A stretch of 53,657 nt of DNA from NCBI RefSeq assembly GCF_000485595.1, contig NW_014577069.1, forward strand, positions 1,094,054-1,147,710, written 5' to 3'. The position numbers and the translations under genes were made by a program. Below, piece after piece: positions 1-30,542 of the stretch (position 1 is the first letter of the stretch; every line of letters begins with the position of its first letter). The notes under the pieces were generated by a model, which saw nothing but the letters and a program-made list of their open reading frames with translations, ran no database searches and was not told the DNA's origin. Source of the DNA: Priapulus caudatus (Eukaryota).

Positions 1-444
1 AGCAATCAGAACAGTGGTTTTAATCGCGATTAAAATAGCATTTAAGCGCCGATTAAATTCCAGCCATTAGAAACGTGGTTTTAATCTGCGATTAAAATAG
101 GTAGCTCTTTTTGGCACCCTCATATGGCACCTCATAGCGCTATAAGGCGCCGTCATGAAGGATTTCGGTTAAATATTTCGATAACAGATTAAAGCCCCGG
201 TCACAACGGATCGTACGAAATTTTGTCGTGGTGGACCCATGAAATATTTGGGGAAGAATAAATTTACTATATATACATCTACCCACACGTGTTGTCGTTC
301 ATCTGTGTGCGTGATAGCTTTAGTATATTATGTTTAGTATGAATACGAAATTCATACTCTATTTCAAATTCTCTCTCTCTCTCTCTCTGTCACACACACA
401 ACACAAACACGCACACTCCTCTCTCTCTCTCACACACACACATG

Positions 445-488
<44 letters not shown>

Positions 489-534
489 CACACGCACGCA
501 CCACCACCACGCACGCACGCACGCACACACCACA

Positions 535-565
<31 letters not shown>

Positions 566-895
566 GCGCGCACACTGATAAACGACAACACGTGTGGGTA
601 AATTTATTCTTCCCCGTAATCGTTATCGAAATATTTAACCGAATAGACTTCATGACGCCGCCTATAGCGTTATGAGGTGCCATATGAGGTGCCAAAACCT
701 ACCTAATTTAATCGCGCTTAAAATCTATTTTAATCGCGATTAAAAAGCACTGTTTATATGTTCTGAATAGCTGAAATTTAATCGCGCTTAAAATCTATTT
801 TAATCGCGATTAAAAACCACTGTTCTGATTGGCTGGAATTCAATCGCGCTTAAAATACATTTTAAACGCGATTAAAATAGGTAGGTTTTGGCGGT
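1..895. mobile_element. Foldback-like inverted-repeat element around a CT/CA microsatellite (left end cut by the window)
   Basis: 1-311 is the reverse complement, with indels, of about 570-834. The arms contain reiterated TTTAATCGCGATTAAAA subrepeats, and 691-892 is itself bounded by an inverted GCCAAAACCTACCTA motif. Confidence 0.7.
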
Positions 896-915
896 AATTA
901 ATGGCCTTCCATACT

Positions 916-964
916 AACACACGCGCACGCGCATGCGCACGCACGCACGCACACACGCACACAC

Positions 965-1016
<52 letters not shown>

Positions 1017-1104
1017 GCACACGCACACGCACACACACGCGCACACACACACACACACAAACACACGCACACGCACACGCAAACACACACGCCACACACG
1101 ACAC

Positions 1105-1139
<35 letters not shown>

Positions 1140-1195
1140 CACAAACACACGCACACGCCCACACGCACACGCACACGCGCGCGCGCGCGCACACA

Positions 1196-1253
<58 letters not shown>

Positions 1254-1258
1254 ACACA
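916..1258. repeat. Compound (CA)n/(CACG)n microsatellite
   Basis: Read directly; source of the THTH/VCVC ORFs. Confidence 0.95.
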
Positions 1259-2970
1259 AGAGAGCGTGCTTTGATATTCCAGACTGATGAATTTTGATAA
1301 GCTTTGTAAATTTGTCTTCCTTAAGCTCGATGTAGTCGCCTAGACCTACAATGGCAGTGTTGTACGCAGACATCAGTTCAATGAGACCACGTTATTATTA
1401 TTATTATTATTATTTTTATCATTCTACAGTCGATGAACTGTGTAAGTTTATCGGTCGATTTCCACTTTCCAAAACTATTAATGTTGATCGTTTGCCAATT
1501 AATTGGTAATAAATAATTTGGTTCAAAATACCAAAGGAAGTTGTTTTTTTTAGATTTTCACAACGTGAGATATGTAATGCATGTCTGCTTGTTAGGTGGG
1601 TGTAACGAAAAGAGTCACTCAGTAAGTCGGAAAGTCGGATTTACTTGACACTATACTTTTTACCTACTATGTACGATGCGCCGAGCCCACGCGAGTCCAC
1701 AAAGACGTTTAAATAAACACTCCTTGCACGAGCCGTATACGGGTGAGTGCAATCCATCATTCGACAGCACATGATCAGGGAACTGACTGACACGTAAGAA
1801 AATTACAGTGCCACGACAGAGCAATTACCCAAACCATTGGAAAAAGACCCGTTGAAGTGAATCCTATCTTAATCTTATTCGGCATCGGCTATTATATAAC
1901 AGCTAATTAAATATTATTACCGACAAACTAGTCTGTTATCTTCTCCCGTTTCTGCGTGATAGTGTTTATCAGGGCTCGGCTGTCAATAGGTAACACAGTT
2001 ATACGGCCGCACTAGACGACGTAGAACCCTGGATGACAGTCACTATCTTCGCGTATTCCTGCTCACTATGCTGCAACTGATTAATGAAATCAAATGTGAA
2101 TGTGGAACTTCCGTCAACCAGCTAAATATAGAGCTGTTGAAACGTGTATAACATAGAATTATGGGCCCTTTCAACCTTCTTTTAACGCGTTACGTCAGTG
2201 ATGACCTGCCGCGTAGTGGCCCTCGTCCAAAGGTTACTGGCATATATCCCTGTCTCATTTTTGCACAACGACGGGAATCAACCGATGAAAAACTCCAGTA
2301 GGCGTAGCAAAGAAATCACATTGGAAAAGTGATAAATTTCCAGTCCACTATTAATCATCCCCCGACAGTGACAAGAATAGTGATTAGTATAGCGATAGTG
2401 TCCGACGTATAAAGGCAATATTACATCCGCGTATATTTCTCAAGTTAAGCCCTTTATAGCTCCTCATCTATAAATTCGCTCAGATATCTTTGCTAGCTTG
2501 AGTTGAATAGAGTTGGTTCGGAGTTGATGCCAGACGTTGGCTGCTAAGAGCTATAGTACCCTTCTACGGGTGCCCTTCTGAGACTGAGACGTGAAACCTG
2601 ATAGAAGAACATGGCTGGTCGGCACTAGCTACGTTTTTACTCCGACGTTCGCCAAACATTTTCGTGCAGTTGTCGAGTCGCCAACTAAGCGCGTCCAATA
2701 CACGACTGCTTTTTCTAAAGACAAATCTATGACACGGACCTAACTAGTGTATCAACAGTGTGGAGTAACAATGTGATCAGGACCAAAAGATTGTTGGTAG
2801 TCGACGTCACGCGACACGCACTGAGATTCTTCACGTGTTGACGCGTAAAGATGACCTAGCATCGGCATAAATATTTATTAGTATATCGTAACGGTTAATG
2901 GTTGTACAATTAAGTACACTGAGTTCAGCCGCATTCACTCATTAAAGGCAAAGGTAGGTGCGAATTCTTA

Positions 2971-4253
2971 TTTTTAGCTCATCTGACTTAGTCAGATGCA
3001 GCTTGTAGATTCGCATGAGCGTGCGTCCGTCCGTCCGGTCGTGCGTCCGTCCGTCCGTGCGTGCGTCAACAGTTGGGCACAAATCTTAACCGCTCGACGT
3101 ACGGTCACGATATTCGGGACGTGGGGCGGTAATCCGAAAACGATTTGGGATGTCGAAGCTGGGGGGTCAAAGGTCAATGGTCAAGAGGTGTAAAAGAAGG
3201 GGGAACATTCCCTCTTTAACTTAAGGTATAGGGAGGAAATGCAGAATTGCGGCACAAATCTAAACGGCTCGACCTAGGCTCGTGATAGTCGGTGTATAGC
3301 ATCATGCAGGGTCTCCAACCATTCCGCATTCTGCGGAATCATTACGNNNNNNNNNNGGTCAAGAGGTGTAAAAGAAGGGGGAACATTCCCTCTTTAACTT
3401 AAGGTATAGGGAGGAAATGCAGAATTGCAGCACAAATTTAAACGGCTCGACCTAGGCTCGTGATAGTCGGTGTATATTGGAGGGCACAGGTCAAAGGTCA
3501 ATAGGGCACAGGGCAGATTTTAGACATTTTCTGAGGACATGGTCTGACGGACCTAGCATTTTTATGGCTTTATTGAAAGGACCATGAAATGTACTTTCTG
3601 CTGACATGCGAAGAGTAAGCGTCGGATAAACTTTTGACCCTCAAGAGGAGGGTTAAACATGGATTTGTTTACTGTTAGAAAGAATTTGACTGCCGAGTTT
3701 GCTAGTAGAATCTATACATGCCTGGATGTATGAGGATACAATGTGACAGTGAAATTTCAAAAGCTAAATTTGGTTGAAGACGGTTTATGCTCCTTAAATC
3801 GTATAATTTCTATGGCATTCTGTACTGTCAGTGTGTTACATGTAACGGATGCCACTGCCAGTGCATGTGGTGATGATAGTACTGTGTAGTTTTTGCCTGC
3901 GTTAATTAGTTACAGGTAGCAGCTCTCTATTTCAGCCTGTAGGCTTGCGTAGGTAAATGGATGAGTGCTTACCTATTCTGTTTTGCAAATAGTTGTTGCT
4001 ACTACGTACGATGGGAGCTTCCATCTTTAATCTTTAGACACTTAAACGTACGCGCCATCTCGTGGCAACTTTCATAACGATCCCAACGAACATTTCTTTG
4101 AGAAGGTTCCTGATACCATCCCTGTGCCTTCCACTGTTTCGGCGTGTATGTGAACACATTTGGGACTAACAGGGTTTACTAGAATCCCACCACTCCACCA
4201 CAGAGTCACCGCAGTAGACGTTAGATGAGCGCTGTCGCTCCGCGGCACTTGTT
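2971..4253 (+). mobile_element. Non-autonomous Helentron (HINE/DINE-1-like) element
   Basis: 5' T-run and hairpin AGCTCATCTGAC-TTA-GTCAGATG(C)AGCT, then a (GTCC/GTGC)n microsatellite. The 3' end has the matching subTIR AGATGAGC (4223-4230), a short hairpin TGTCGC-TCC-GCGGCA and terminal CTTGTT. Confidence 0.7.
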
Positions 4254-5394
4254 CACACCAAACGTATAAATTAAACACTGCTTTATTTATAGATCGCTAA
4301 AAAAGCAGGTCAACATCTCACCGGAGGTATTTTATTTTACACTAACGCAATAGAGTGTATACTAAAGTAGGCCACAGTTGTTAAAAAAACTTCCGCGCCT
4401 TTGAGAATGGGACATATTGAATTTTACTGGCGTCGTTGGCCCTTTGATCGCCGTCTTTGAATATACAACTACGCGTCATGAATACGAATGAATTGCGTAC
4501 TTAATTCCAGTCTTGTAGTCGAATGGTACGCAAAGGATTATACGAGTTATAGATGGCGATGATGACGATAATGACAACGATGACGACAGCATCGCAGTTG
4601 TCAACTTGCTCATTTTGAAAGAGGTTAACATCATAAACATTACTTTATACTGTCGGTTCAACAGTCTGTGCTATTTAATAAACTGTTTTATAATGAGGCT
4701 GTTTAAAACTACTTTGAAATCTATAACAGATGTGCATTGACAGTTGTCTATACGTCTGTGCTTATAATGCGTTGGAATAATTGTTTTGCGGTGAGGGTTT
4801 CGTGTCAAAATTTTATTATTTTAACATTATGTACGCACATATGGCTGATTAGAGGCACATTATGTATTGCTGATAGAGCTCACACCAATGACACATTAGC
4901 GCTTATATGCTGCGTCTAATTTCGAAATACTTTATTAGTGCTAAAATGAGTTTTGTGCTGAAATCGGTAAATTACATATTGACGTTTGAAGCAATCAGAT
5001 TTAAATACACCAGGTAACTAATAGCCATGTAAAAAAATAACATTGGTTCTGTCGATTTACTGAAATAGGAAACAGCGAACCCGTATAACGACTATTTTTG
5101 CCTCGAGCGTTTGTGCACATCATGTTAGTTGCTTGCATCCCTCATAAGTGCGATGTAAAGTGTCCGGTTACTGATTGATTGAGTTACGCTTTGCGTAATT
5201 ACATCATGCTGACATGCAGTCGAGACTCAACTATATACGATAAAATCTGATAGAATTCATGATTGAATGGTGAGAGGTATAGGATGATAAAGCTAATGCA
5301 AAATTATGCAGACGTGGTAAATGTTTAGGCCTAGCGAAACCGATAATACGATGAAAAAACTGCGCGTGTGCGTGAGCGTGCGTGCGTGCGTGTA

Positions 5395-6831
5395 TGGCAG
5401 GCGAGAAGGGACATAAATGATATTTAATGACCGTCACTAATTCTATTTTATGACCATCATTAAATCGATTTATGTACCGTCATTAAATCAACCAATCAGA
5501 TGCAACTTATTTGTGCTCAGCCAATCACAAACATGGAATTATGTACCGTCATTAAATCGATTTATGTACCGTCATTAAATCAACCAATCAGATGCAACTT
5601 ATTTGTGCTCAGCCAATCACAAACATGGAATTACTGCTACAATAATTCGTATTTAATGACGGTCATCAAATCAATTTTATGACCGTCACTAAATACCCAG
5701 GCGAGAAGGGACATAAATACTTCCGTACACAAATCAACCAATCACAGCCTACGATACAAAAATCCGCCAGGGCGGCGCCAGCTATCTTCCGTACATAATT
5801 CCCCGCCCGGCCATCATCGTTACTCACTTGCCTACGTTTTGAAATAAGCCAGATCGGAAAGTCCCGCCGCCATATTGAGGTCAAAGACAAAGTGCAAGGG
5901 GCATAACATTGCCTCGGCGCGCCATTGAGAAGTACGCGAAAAATGTCAACGGTCGTGCGTTTTTACTTTCTGCATTAACACAAACATTGCACAATATCCC
6001 AAATTAGCACAATCATATTTATAAATGTTTCTATAAACAGAAAGGCGCCTGTGAATTGGAGTACGATGTTATTGAAAAGAAATATAGATGAAAAACCTAG
6101 ACGTTCCGAGGCAGCTGTTATCTTTGTATTAGACTGGTCCGCGCTCGACAGTTTCACTCGCATTACACTGACGTCGCGTGGAACTGTCGAGCGAGGACCC
6201 GTCTAATACAAAGATAACAGCTGCCTCGGAACGTCTAGGTTTTTCATCTATATTTCTTTTCAATAACATCGTACTTCAATTCACAGGTGCCTTCCTGTTT
6301 ATAGAAACATTTATAAATATGATTGTGCTAATTTGGGATATTGTGCTTTGTCTTTGACCTTAATATGGCGGCGGGACTTTCCGATCTGGCTTATTTCAAA
6401 ACGTAGGCAAGTTAGTAGCGATGATGGCGCGGTACGGAAGATAGCTGGCGCCGCCCTGGCGGATCTTTGTATCGTAGGCTGTGATTGGTTGATTTATGTA
6501 CGGAAGTATTTATGTCCCTTCTCACCTGGGTATTTAGTGACGGTCATAAAATCGATTTAATGACCGTCATTAAATACGAATTATTGTAGCAGTAATTCCA
6601 TGTTTGTGATTGGCTGAGCACAAATAAGTTGCATCTGATTGGTTGATTTAATGACGGTACATAAATCGATTTAATGACGGTACATAATTCCATGTTTGTG
6701 ATTGGCTGAGCACAAATAAGTTGCATCTGATTGGTTGATTTAATGACGGTACATAAATCGATTTAATGATGGTCATAAAATAGAATTAGTGACGGTCATT
6801 AAATATCATTTATGTCCCTTCTCGCCTGCCA
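5395..6831. mobile_element. 1.44-kb palindromic foldback/MITE with TA target duplication
   Basis: Ends TGGCAGGCGAGAAGGGACATAAAT...ATTTATGTCCCTTCTCGCCTGCCA. TA at 5393-5394 and 6832-6833, inside a (GTGC)n tract. Arms are complementary up to a ~20-nt loop near 6158-6177. The same 60-aa ORF appears on both strands (5500+ and 6544-). Confidence 0.9.
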
Positions 6832-7784
6832 TATGCGTGCGTGCGTACATGCGTGCGTGCGTGCTCACATGGATGTGCGTGCCGAGTGAATATGCGTACG
6901 CATTTGTGTAATTGTGATTGTATATAGCCGCTAGCTATTTAGATCAGCTATTTGAATGCAGATATACATCACACCAGGGGTTAATAATGACAAATACATA
7001 TTACCTGAGTACACATACATATGAGATACCCGCGCTGTACAGTTAGCAGTGCATCCTAATAAGGACTGTTAGGATTACTATTTAGCCCTATACGTCATAT
7101 CCTCTTTCGTTTGTCAGAAAAATATGAAATAAAATACGGATACGACAAAGTTTCAATCACTGCGTGCAGTTTCAAGGGTACGCCCAACTAATGAACTGCT
7201 AGGAATTTTCAGGGGATGTAATATTACTTTCGTACTGTTCCTCCCGCGGGGTTCTGAATTTGATGATTTTACGTGACACATTTTATATGACAACATTTAT
7301 AACGCTCATTATCAATTAACATTGGACTATTACAAGTTCAATGATGACTTACACGATAGGGAAGCTCTCTGTAGATTTTTTTAGCTCTTATGCTGTGACA
7401 TATCGTTGACAGCCGGAGACTGAGAGATCCGAATAACTATGTAATATAATTTTACATGGATCATTGTATATGCTGCATAGATTATGTCATTTATAAATAC
7501 ATTATATTTTTATATAATTGTTGTGTAATTCCTGCGACACTGCCGGTTGTCAAGCTGTGGCAGAATGTCACTATGGAATGCACAATAAGGAAATAAGGGG
7601 AATATGGGAATATTCGGGGAAATATGGGAATAAAACATGTAACTTCGTGGCTAGCAGTGCGAAACACTGTTCAATATTTCACGGTGAGTATGATTTGTAA
7701 ATTCGTCTTCTAGTAGGCGTAAATCATTGATGGTGTAAGTATGCGCGTTTTGCGCTGTTTGTATCCAGTCGTTTTGTGTTGCAG

Positions 7785-25966
<18,182 letters not shown>

Positions 25967-27075
25967 CTGCTGCGCATGCGCGGCCGCGATCCTGGATGGC
26001 GTGGGATGTACACTCAAAGCGCCGGCAGCGGCGACGGCGGTGGTGTAGACGTTGGCGGTGCGGCGCCATGTTGGGACCCATTGTCCGGCACAATATAAAT
26101 ATTTACGACTGTCGCATGTGTCAAACCCCGTGACGCGTGCACGGCCGTATCGCCATCAAGCGTTATGTCATTTTAGAATTGCGATGCCATCATCGCGTGT
26201 GGCGTTTCTGTCAACGGACCCCTGAACCATGCGCGACCCCTACTGTTCGGTGCTGTCTCGAAATGCCGCAAGTACCGCTGACAGGTGTTTGTAAACAAGA
26301 TGAATTCCGCGTTCGCGACGTACTGGTTTGGCGCGGGGCAACGGACTGCCTATTTTTATACCAAAGAGCTAATGAGCTGGAAGCGAAGCACAGCGTCGAG
26401 TGACGAGCAGACCGGCGGGTCGTACTCACCTACGGTTACCCGAACGCTTGCGGTTACAGCGCAATTTACACCTCGTTAGAAACGCGCCTCCCCCATGGCA
26501 TCTATCCGAGCTCTCGACCATCTTGTGAATGACTCCATAACTTATATCCGTAACTGTATTCATGAGCGTGAGACGCGTGCGCGTGTATATATATAAATAC
26601 ATAAATGTTGAGACGAGCCCCCAGTGTCGGCGTGCATCTGTGCAAGATCACCGTGAAGGCAAGCGAGGCTAGCGTGCTCTAGTGCACGCTGGTTTCTTTA
26701 GCCGCTGGTATACGAGAAAGTGCGCGGGTTTATCTCAGACTTCTAGTAACGCAAGACGCGATTTGTGGATGTTTGGTCGACGTTTTAAACCGATAAGATC
26801 GTAGCTGCAGGGCGGTCTTATATATCGTATATATATATATANNNNNNNNNNGGGAAATATATAGAGGAGAGATGTAAGAGGAGAGAGGATTCTGTGTCTG
26901 GTCGCGGAAGGAGGCACACGCGCGTATGTGCGTGTGCGCGTGTCTTTGTCTCTTTGTGCGATGTGTCTACACTGTATGAGTTATTAAGGATTATTCCGGG
27001 TACAACACAAGTTTGGTTTTGTATCATCATTCCTGTTTACATTAGTTTACTAGTATAAGTAGTTATACATAACTT

Positions 27076-27268
27076 ACTATATAGTATTACTTATATATAG
27101 CCGATATATAGGTCTATTTATATATAACCTATATTGTCTATATATAACCTATATATATGGTCTATATATAACATACTATATAGTATTACTTATATATAGC
27201 CGATATATAGGTCTATTTATATATAACCTATATTGTCTATATTTAATATATATATATGGTCTATATAT
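27076..27268. repeat. AT-rich tandem duplication, ~99-nt unit, two copies
   Basis: ACTATATAGTATTACTTATATATAGCCGATATATAGGTCTATTTATATATAACCTATATTGTCTAT occurs at about 27076 and 27175. Confidence 0.85.
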
Positions 27269-28600
27269 GATCATTACTGCTCGTGTTTAAATGATATACG
27301 TTAGCGATTGGCGCAGGTCTGTGCAACGACTCAAAAATTATAGTTTCTCTGAAAAGTTTCCGCAGACTATAGGCCTACATCGCGTATATGTATTTCTTCA
27401 ATGTATTCCTCGTTGTCTGTAAATATATGGTTGTTTGAATTACCTTGCACGTTAGTGTACGTCGTTCGTCGATCGATTCAAAATTTCTCACATTAACCAC
27501 ACTAAATGTTTCCTCTTCTGTCACTGCCGTCGTGAAGGTAGATTCTTTTATTAGTATAGTAATATTATGAATATTAATGTTATTATTGTGTAAATTATTG
27601 TATAACGCACGTTTTGTACATATAGAGGTCATAAACATTATATATTATATGGTGTAGATGGTCAAAGGCATCTACAAAAAGACAGTCTTTATATAGCCTA
27701 TCTAAAAGTAAATATAAGACCGTTCTTGTGTATATACCCTTTAAATGGTATGTATGTTGTAAAATTGTATTTTTAATATATTATGTGGTATTTCCGTGAT
27801 CATATCACTCGATTTTTTACTTATCGTTCTCTTGCCAATGTTTGTTCCTGTTAGCAGAATAATGCCGTCAACGTGAGTTTCGCATGATAATTGAAAAATT
27901 TACAGGATTTTTACTCGCAAGAGATTACAACACTTTTCAATAGTTTGACAACCTTTATTACGGTTTTAATGAAAAATATATGTGAGCCTATAATCAAAGA
28001 TACATGCAGAGATACACATCTTATAACAGAAATAGCTTATAGTGAAATGACAATGTGTAATTGATATGCAACACAACAAGAAATATCCGTTATTCCAGCA
28101 TTCGTCAGCAATTGCGGATTAGATAGCCATTTGCTTAATTTTTTTTTAAAGATGAACGCAAAGATAAGCTTTATTTTGACGATGTGTGAACTAATTCTGT
28201 TTTAAAAACTTCGGCAGTAAAAAACAGTGTTTACCAAATGATCGCGTTTACACGATGAAATTCGATGGGAAATGTTTTAGTCACCAAAGTGCGCCATAGT
28301 CGGTCTGTTTGTATCCAAAACCCTAGTTTTTCTTCACAGCGTAATGGCTAAAATAAAAGAATTTCAGGCTGAAGGATGCGGAGGCAGGTCATACCATGAT
28401 GCCCGCATCTCGTTGAAAATTGCGCAGTTCCAATACGGAAACGTAAACACAAAAGAAGAACAACTGATGCCACAATGTCACGTAGGCTAGTTTACGACGC
28501 CAGGTTGCCATAAGAGAAAAAACGAACTAACGAAACCCGCAGTCATAAATATTGACCAATACGCTCTTGTATTGACGTATCTATCAATCTATCTATCTAG

Positions 28601-28641
<41 letters not shown>

Positions 28642-29814
28642 NNNNNNNNNNGTTATTTATTATATTTATATATATATGTTTATATATAGCGTAGGTTAGA
28701 GCGTAGGAGAGGGACAGAGATCAGAGAGGAATTCGGTGCGGTAGTACCGATTGCGTCTCTCGTGGCTGAGATCTGCACAGGTGGAAATGTAAGAATGTAG
28801 TGCTGACGGCCCCGCGCGCGCTTATTAACGGATGGTTCAACGAAGGCGAGATGTATCATGCTACGCAAATTCAACGTTCTATTCATGCCATGCGTCCTCG
28901 CACGCCCCCCCTCCCCCTCCGCGCAGCTTCCAGCACAGCAGTGCTGGTGATCATACATTGCTGTGCTGCGCCGTCACATGGTTTACAGACGCACACCCTC
29001 GCTCGCACGCACGCAGACACCCACATACAACACTCCCACACACATACGCACGCACAGACGCATACGCATACGCACGCACGCGACGCAACGCATGCACGGA
29101 CGCACACACATACGCACGCACGTACGTTGATTAAATTTTTTACATCTATATGATCAAGAGTCCATAATAGAAAAGAATGTTCTAGAATTTTCTAGAATTT
29201 CTATTGTGGACTTTTATTTATAAGGCAGGCCTTCGGAGTACTGCGTGCGCATGGCCGTGTAGCAGAAGAAGAGATGGCCATCTTTTGAAAAAAAAGCGGC
29301 AATCATCATATATATATATATAGGCCTATATACGTTTTGCGCAGTAACCAAATACATACTACTATACTACTATACGTTATAACATAACTTGGGTATTTAC
29401 AGCGAAAATAATTTACGATGATATGAATGTACACGTATATTTCATTAACATCCGAAATGGATAAAAACCGATAAAGGAAGAAATTTCTTTTTATTCACAC
29501 CTATTAAAATGCAGCAATCATGTCACGTTAATTGTATTAAAACTTGTACTAAAAATTTTTGGATGCCAACAATCCAATGCAAGGTTTGAACGAAGCAGCT
29601 TTAGTGATGAGTATATCTCATCAAAATGGTTTTATGTCGAAAATGCTTGACTAGAACACTATCTTGATTAGATACATTGGTGAATATTGGGGTAATGCCG
29701 CTTTAATATATCGTCAAAAACTAGTAGCGGTTTAATTTAACTAGTAGAGTTTGAATTTGAGGTTTGAACAAACTTATTGTTAATCGTTTTGCATTCGTTT
29801 GGATGCGTAAATGT

Positions 29815-29820
29815 TTTATT
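29815..29820 (-). terminator. Candidate polyadenylation signal (AATAAA) for the calbindin-like gene
   Basis: TTTATT on the + strand, about 600 nt downstream of the stop. Other AATAAA hexamers exist nearby, so this is only a candidate. Confidence 0.3.
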
Positions 29821-30413
29821 TGAAGCAATCGCAAGCGCCACTTAATTCTTTTTTTTGCATTCGTATACTAATTTAGAATGGTTATGTACGTTCGCGTTTA
29901 TAATTACTATTACTTTATACATATAATACAAAGCAGTAACATTCAACATTTATCGACATTCGTCATTATTCCGTTTATGCAGACAGGCGCACGCACGTGT
30001 TCAGTGAGTGGTTATGCTGAATGTTACATGAACATATTTGGTATATAAATATTAGATTACGTGCAGGTTAAAAATACGTATCGCATCTCACGTATTTCAC
30101 ATGAATCCGTTTAGTCCGTGAAAATCACGTATACCTACCAAAAATGCATTTTGTACACGTGGCCCCGCGTGATGTTTAATTGACCAATTAAAATCCGTTC
30201 ATGTATGTTAGATATGCACTTACTGCGCTGACTACGTATATCACCGAGCGTGCATATACCAGCCTGCGTGTCTCCCCGCGTGCGTGCAGGCTACTAGTGC
30301 GTTTGCACCTGTGATTATATAACTTGAATCAAGAAAGTATTATAAAATTAGTAATCAATAAAATTAATTCTCTCGCCCGCGCGTTATTGTAGCGTGGCGC
30401 CATCTCTCGGTCA

Positions 30414-30542
30414 CTACTGGCCGGTCTGCGTGAGAGCGAGGAGAACCATCGTTAGTTCGGGCTTGTTGATCTTGCCGTCGTGGTTAATATCGGCCTGCAT
30501 GATGACGTCCTTGAAATCGTAAAGGTCGTCCGTATCGTAATC
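30414..30542 (-). CDS. Cbp53E: Calbindin-32-like last coding exon (EF6)
   Basis: ttaaag|DYDTDDLYDFKDVIMQADINHDGKINKPELTMVLLALTQTGQ*, 129 nt; the TAG stop is followed by TGA. Confidence 0.92.
   Translation of the reverse strand, partial: DYDTDDLYDFKDVIMQADINHDGKINKPELTMVLLALTQTGQ

Noticed and set aside
330..1373. THTH/VCVC/ERER/LSLS/IYLS-type ORFs here and throughout the window
   Set aside because: Translations of microsatellites; no coding signal.
3177..3476. ~120-nt direct duplication (3177-3297 and 3357-3476)
   Set aside because: The copies flank a 10-N gap, so this is most likely an unmerged contig overlap, although a HINE core repeat is possible.
5461..5720. Regular repeats suggestive of a CRISPR array
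   Set aside because: No unique spacers or cas genes; eukaryotic context; these are subrepeats of a foldback element.
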